Shown here: positions 61,651-64,000 of the stretch, in pieces
Layout of the letters: every line of letters starts with the position of its first letter
Position numbering within the stretch: the stretch's first letter is position 1
From: Prorocentrum cordatum
Taxonomy: Eukaryota
NCBI GenBank assembly: GCA_963575745.1
Contig: CAUYUJ010000318.1
Coordinates: 1 to 64,000, forward strand
Direction of reading: 5' to 3'
Length of the DNA: 64,000 nt
Made by a program: the position numbers and the translations under genes
Notes under the pieces: model-generated
What the model was told of the DNA's origin: nothing
What the model saw: the letters and a program-made list of their open reading frames with translations, nothing else
The model's database searches: none

Positions 61651-61704
<54 letters not shown>
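61625..61704. repeat. (CAT)n tract in the retrogene 3' UTR, between 31/34-bp direct repeats
   Basis: AGTGAGCGACCACGGGGGCTCCGTGCCATAC (61594-61624) recurs at 61705-61738 with 3 extra nt. Confidence 0.9.
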
Positions 61705-61705
<1 letters not shown>

Positions 61706-62294
61706 GTGAGCGACCACGGGGGGCTCTCCGTGCCATACCTCCCCGTCTTCCGAATATGCGTGCCAAGCATCGCCTCCGGCGCGCCCGCGCATCGGGTTCC
61801 GCACCTGCTCCTCCTCGGAGCTGGCCCCAGCGAGCATGTTCCCATGCCGTCCTTGCCGCTTGGAGCGAGGCGACTGCTCCGCTCTGGTAGGCCTGGCAGG
61901 ACACGAGTATTGTCCCTCTGCTGCTGCTGCTACTGCTGCTGCTGCTGCTGCTGGTCCCCCCTACTGCCGCTCCCGCCTCTCTCCTGCTTCTCTTTCTGCC
62001 TTCTGCGCCAGACCGGCAGTAGCCTCAGGGCTGTTGCACCGACTTGACGAAGAAGTAGAAAAAATACCTGGCAGGCGCCGCGGCGACAGTAATAGACAGA
62101 GCTTCGGCGAAGTGGAGCTGAAATGAGTAGGGCGCTGGCCACGTGTAGCACGCGGTCAGACTAAGTACCTCAGTATACCTTCCCCCGACCACCCCTCCCC
62201 CGACTCCCCACCCACCTATCCGAATATTCAGGTGCCGCTCACCCTCGACTCCCACCGCGATCGACCTCTGCGCGGGGCAACGTCGCGACCGAAT

Positions 62295-62321
62295 AAAAAA
62301 AAAGAGTAAGTAAGGCTTCGG
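62295..62321 (+). repeat. poly(A) remnant (A9, 62295-62303) overlapping the right 20-bp TSD (62302-62321)
   Basis: ...GAATAAAAAAAAAGAGTAAGTAAGGCTTCGG. Confidence 0.93.
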
Positions 62322-62379
62322 GCTGCGCTCAGATGGCCCCCCCGCGTGGACCCAGCTGGCCTCAGCAGGCGCCCTAGGA

Positions 62380-62574
62380 TCGGGCCGGACGAAAGGGGGG
62401 GATTGGGAAAGGGGGGGGTACGAAATGTGCTGCATGCAGCTGGTCTCGGCCCCGCCGAGGGTCCCATTCCTCGATACATGGCCGCCTCCGGCGCCGGGAG
62501 GCGCCGGGAAAATCAGCGAATGTGAGCTGATTCTCCAGGCCCCCTTTGCTGTCCCCCCCTTTCGCCCGACCCGA
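62380..62574 (+). mobile_element. 195-bp TCGGG MITE
   Basis: TIR TCGGG(C/T)CGG(A/G)CGAAAGGGGG at both ends. Confidence 0.85.
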
Positions 62575-62763
62575 CAGGCAGCCCCGGCCAGTCCCAGCAG
62601 GCCTCCCCGAGCGAGAGGTCCCTCGGCGGTCCCTGGCGCCCCGGCGGCGCCTCCGGCGGGTGCCTCGCGAGGGCTCCGCGCCCCGGGGCCCGAGCCGCGG
62701 CGAGGGCCCCGGGGGCCTGGGGCGAGCGCACGAAGCTCTGCGCGAGATTGCCGCCGTGGTGTC

Positions 62764-62961
62764 TCGGGTCGGGCGAGAGGGGGGGGGGGTTGGGCAAGGG
62801 GGGGTACGAGGTCTGCTGCACGTAGCTGGTCTCGGCCCCACCGCGGGGCCCGCTCTTCGATGCATGGCCGCCTCCGGCGCCGGGAGGCGCCGGGAAAGTC
62901 AGCTACGAGTGAGCTGATTCTCACCCCCCCCTTTGCTATCCCCCCCTTTCGCCTGACCCGA
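62764..62961 (+). mobile_element. 198-bp TCGGG MITE with 5-bp TSD GTGTC
   Basis: GTGTC at 62759-62763 and 62962-62966, with a ~20-bp TIR. Confidence 0.9.
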
Positions 62962-63271
62962 GTGTCTTGTTTCGCGACGCGGGCATGGCTGGGGTTGCTC
63001 CCCGCTTCGCGAGGCGTGCCGGACGCGTGGCCGTTCCTCGTGCTCCCAGGGTCTGAGCGACTTCTCTCCACCTGAGTTGCGGAGAGCAGGCCAGACACAG
63101 AGAGGGACGTCCAGGTAAACCGACGTAGCTCCAGATGCATCGAGGCAGATCCAAAGACCTCCAGGGAGGTCCAAAGACCTCCACAAATCGGGGACGCTCC
63201 AGCGCGAGTCGAGGGACAGCCGACGTCGCTTCGCCCCGAGCGAGCGTGGTCGCGTGGCGCCCCGCGGGTAG

Positions 63272-63324
63272 GTCGGCGAGCAGAGCGGGCGGCTGGTGGA
63301 GGAGCTGCTCGGCGTGTCCATCTG
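63272..63324 (+). CDS. probable OPR/HPR protein exon 10 (VGEQSGRLVEELLGVSI...)
   Basis: TAG|GTC acceptor in the required phase 0, GC3-rich codons, and an amphipathic second-helix pattern. The GA donor at 63325 is tentative. No downstream exon is available to confirm it. Confidence 0.5.
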
Positions 63325-63349
63325 GAGCTGCTCCGGGGGCGGGGGGGCC

Positions 63350-63729
63350 TCCGGTGCGGAGGTCCGGGCCCCTCCCCTTCTCGTCCCCTCTCCTCGCTCC
63401 CTGCATCCTTCCTCCCTCCCTCCCTCCCTTCTCGGCCTTCCCTCAGAGCGTGAATTACCTACCCCGCTTTCGCTTCCAGGCAAAACCAAGCCATACCACG
63501 CGCCCCCTCGTCAAGCAGCCTGACCAGTACAGGCTTCAATTTGGCATCGTTTGGTATCTCTTGGAAGCGAGGGTGGTCAAAAGCGAGGTAGGTTTGTTTT
63601 CCCCCTATTCCCTCCTCGGCCTTTCCTCCTCGGCCTCCCTCCTCGGGCTTCCGGTGCGGAGGTCCGGGCCCCTCCCCTTCTCGTCCCCTCTCCTCGCTCC
63701 CTGCATCCTCCCTCCCTCCCTCCCTCCCT
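63350..63729. repeat. ~80-bp direct repeats (63350-63429, 63650-63729) flanking ~220 bp of other sequence
   Basis: TCCGGTGCGGAGGTCCGGGCCCCTCCCCTTCTCG...CCCTCCCT occurs twice, near-identical. Confidence 0.9.
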
Positions 63730-64000
63730 CCCTCCCCCCTCGGCCTGCCCTCCCGCCTCCTCCCGCCTCCTCCGTCCTCCCCCTCCTCGCCCCTCCTCGT
63801 GCCGTCTTCCTCCCTTGGTATGGAAGAGAGCCCATTTCCAGAGTCTGGCAGGCCACTGTGGCCTTTTTTCCAGCGCCTCGCCTCACAGCATCGGGCCGGG
63901 CACACCAGAGAGCGTCTGTTGTGTGCTGATTGGGAGGCCCCCTCGCCCACTTCGTGGTGCCCGCCGCCCGACGGAGAGGGCAGGGAAGGAGGTTGGTCTC

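Noticed and set aside
63050..63114. GLSDFSPPEL as a further OPR exon
   Set aside because: It does not continue the repeat register after exon 9 and lacks the following N-x-x-W motif.

Overview
GC-rich, repeat-dense eukaryotic genomic DNA. It is almost certainly from a dinoflagellate: it carries a perfect 22-nt DinoSL, GC/GA intron donors and micro-exons in multi-kb introns. A Prorocentrum-like source is my inference only. Nearly all ORFs in the supplied track are artefacts of microsatellites and GC-rich repeats. (1) A hidden + strand host gene encodes a 37-39-aa helical-repeat (OPR/HPR-type) protein. I assembled it by hand from 9 in-phase micro-exons (521 nt over 6703-50573) plus a probable 10th exon at 63272. 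(2) A ~7.9-kb decayed LINE sits antisense in intron 2, with domain order ORF1-like, RNase H-like, APE endonuclease, RT, C5 DNA-methyltransferase-like. (3) A complete retrocopy of a trans-spliced mRNA lies at 60432-62301: full spliced leader, intact intronless 349-aa TLC-domain ORF, short poly(A), and a 20-bp target-site duplication. (4) There is a processed centrin pseudogene and further LINE debris. (5) There are several MITE families (one nested insertion), short inserts bracketed by unusually long 31-80-bp direct repeats, and about 13 arrays of a 10-11-bp periodic repeat, five of which end in a co-varying hairpin. All protein-family calls come from motif recognition by eye, not from database searches.
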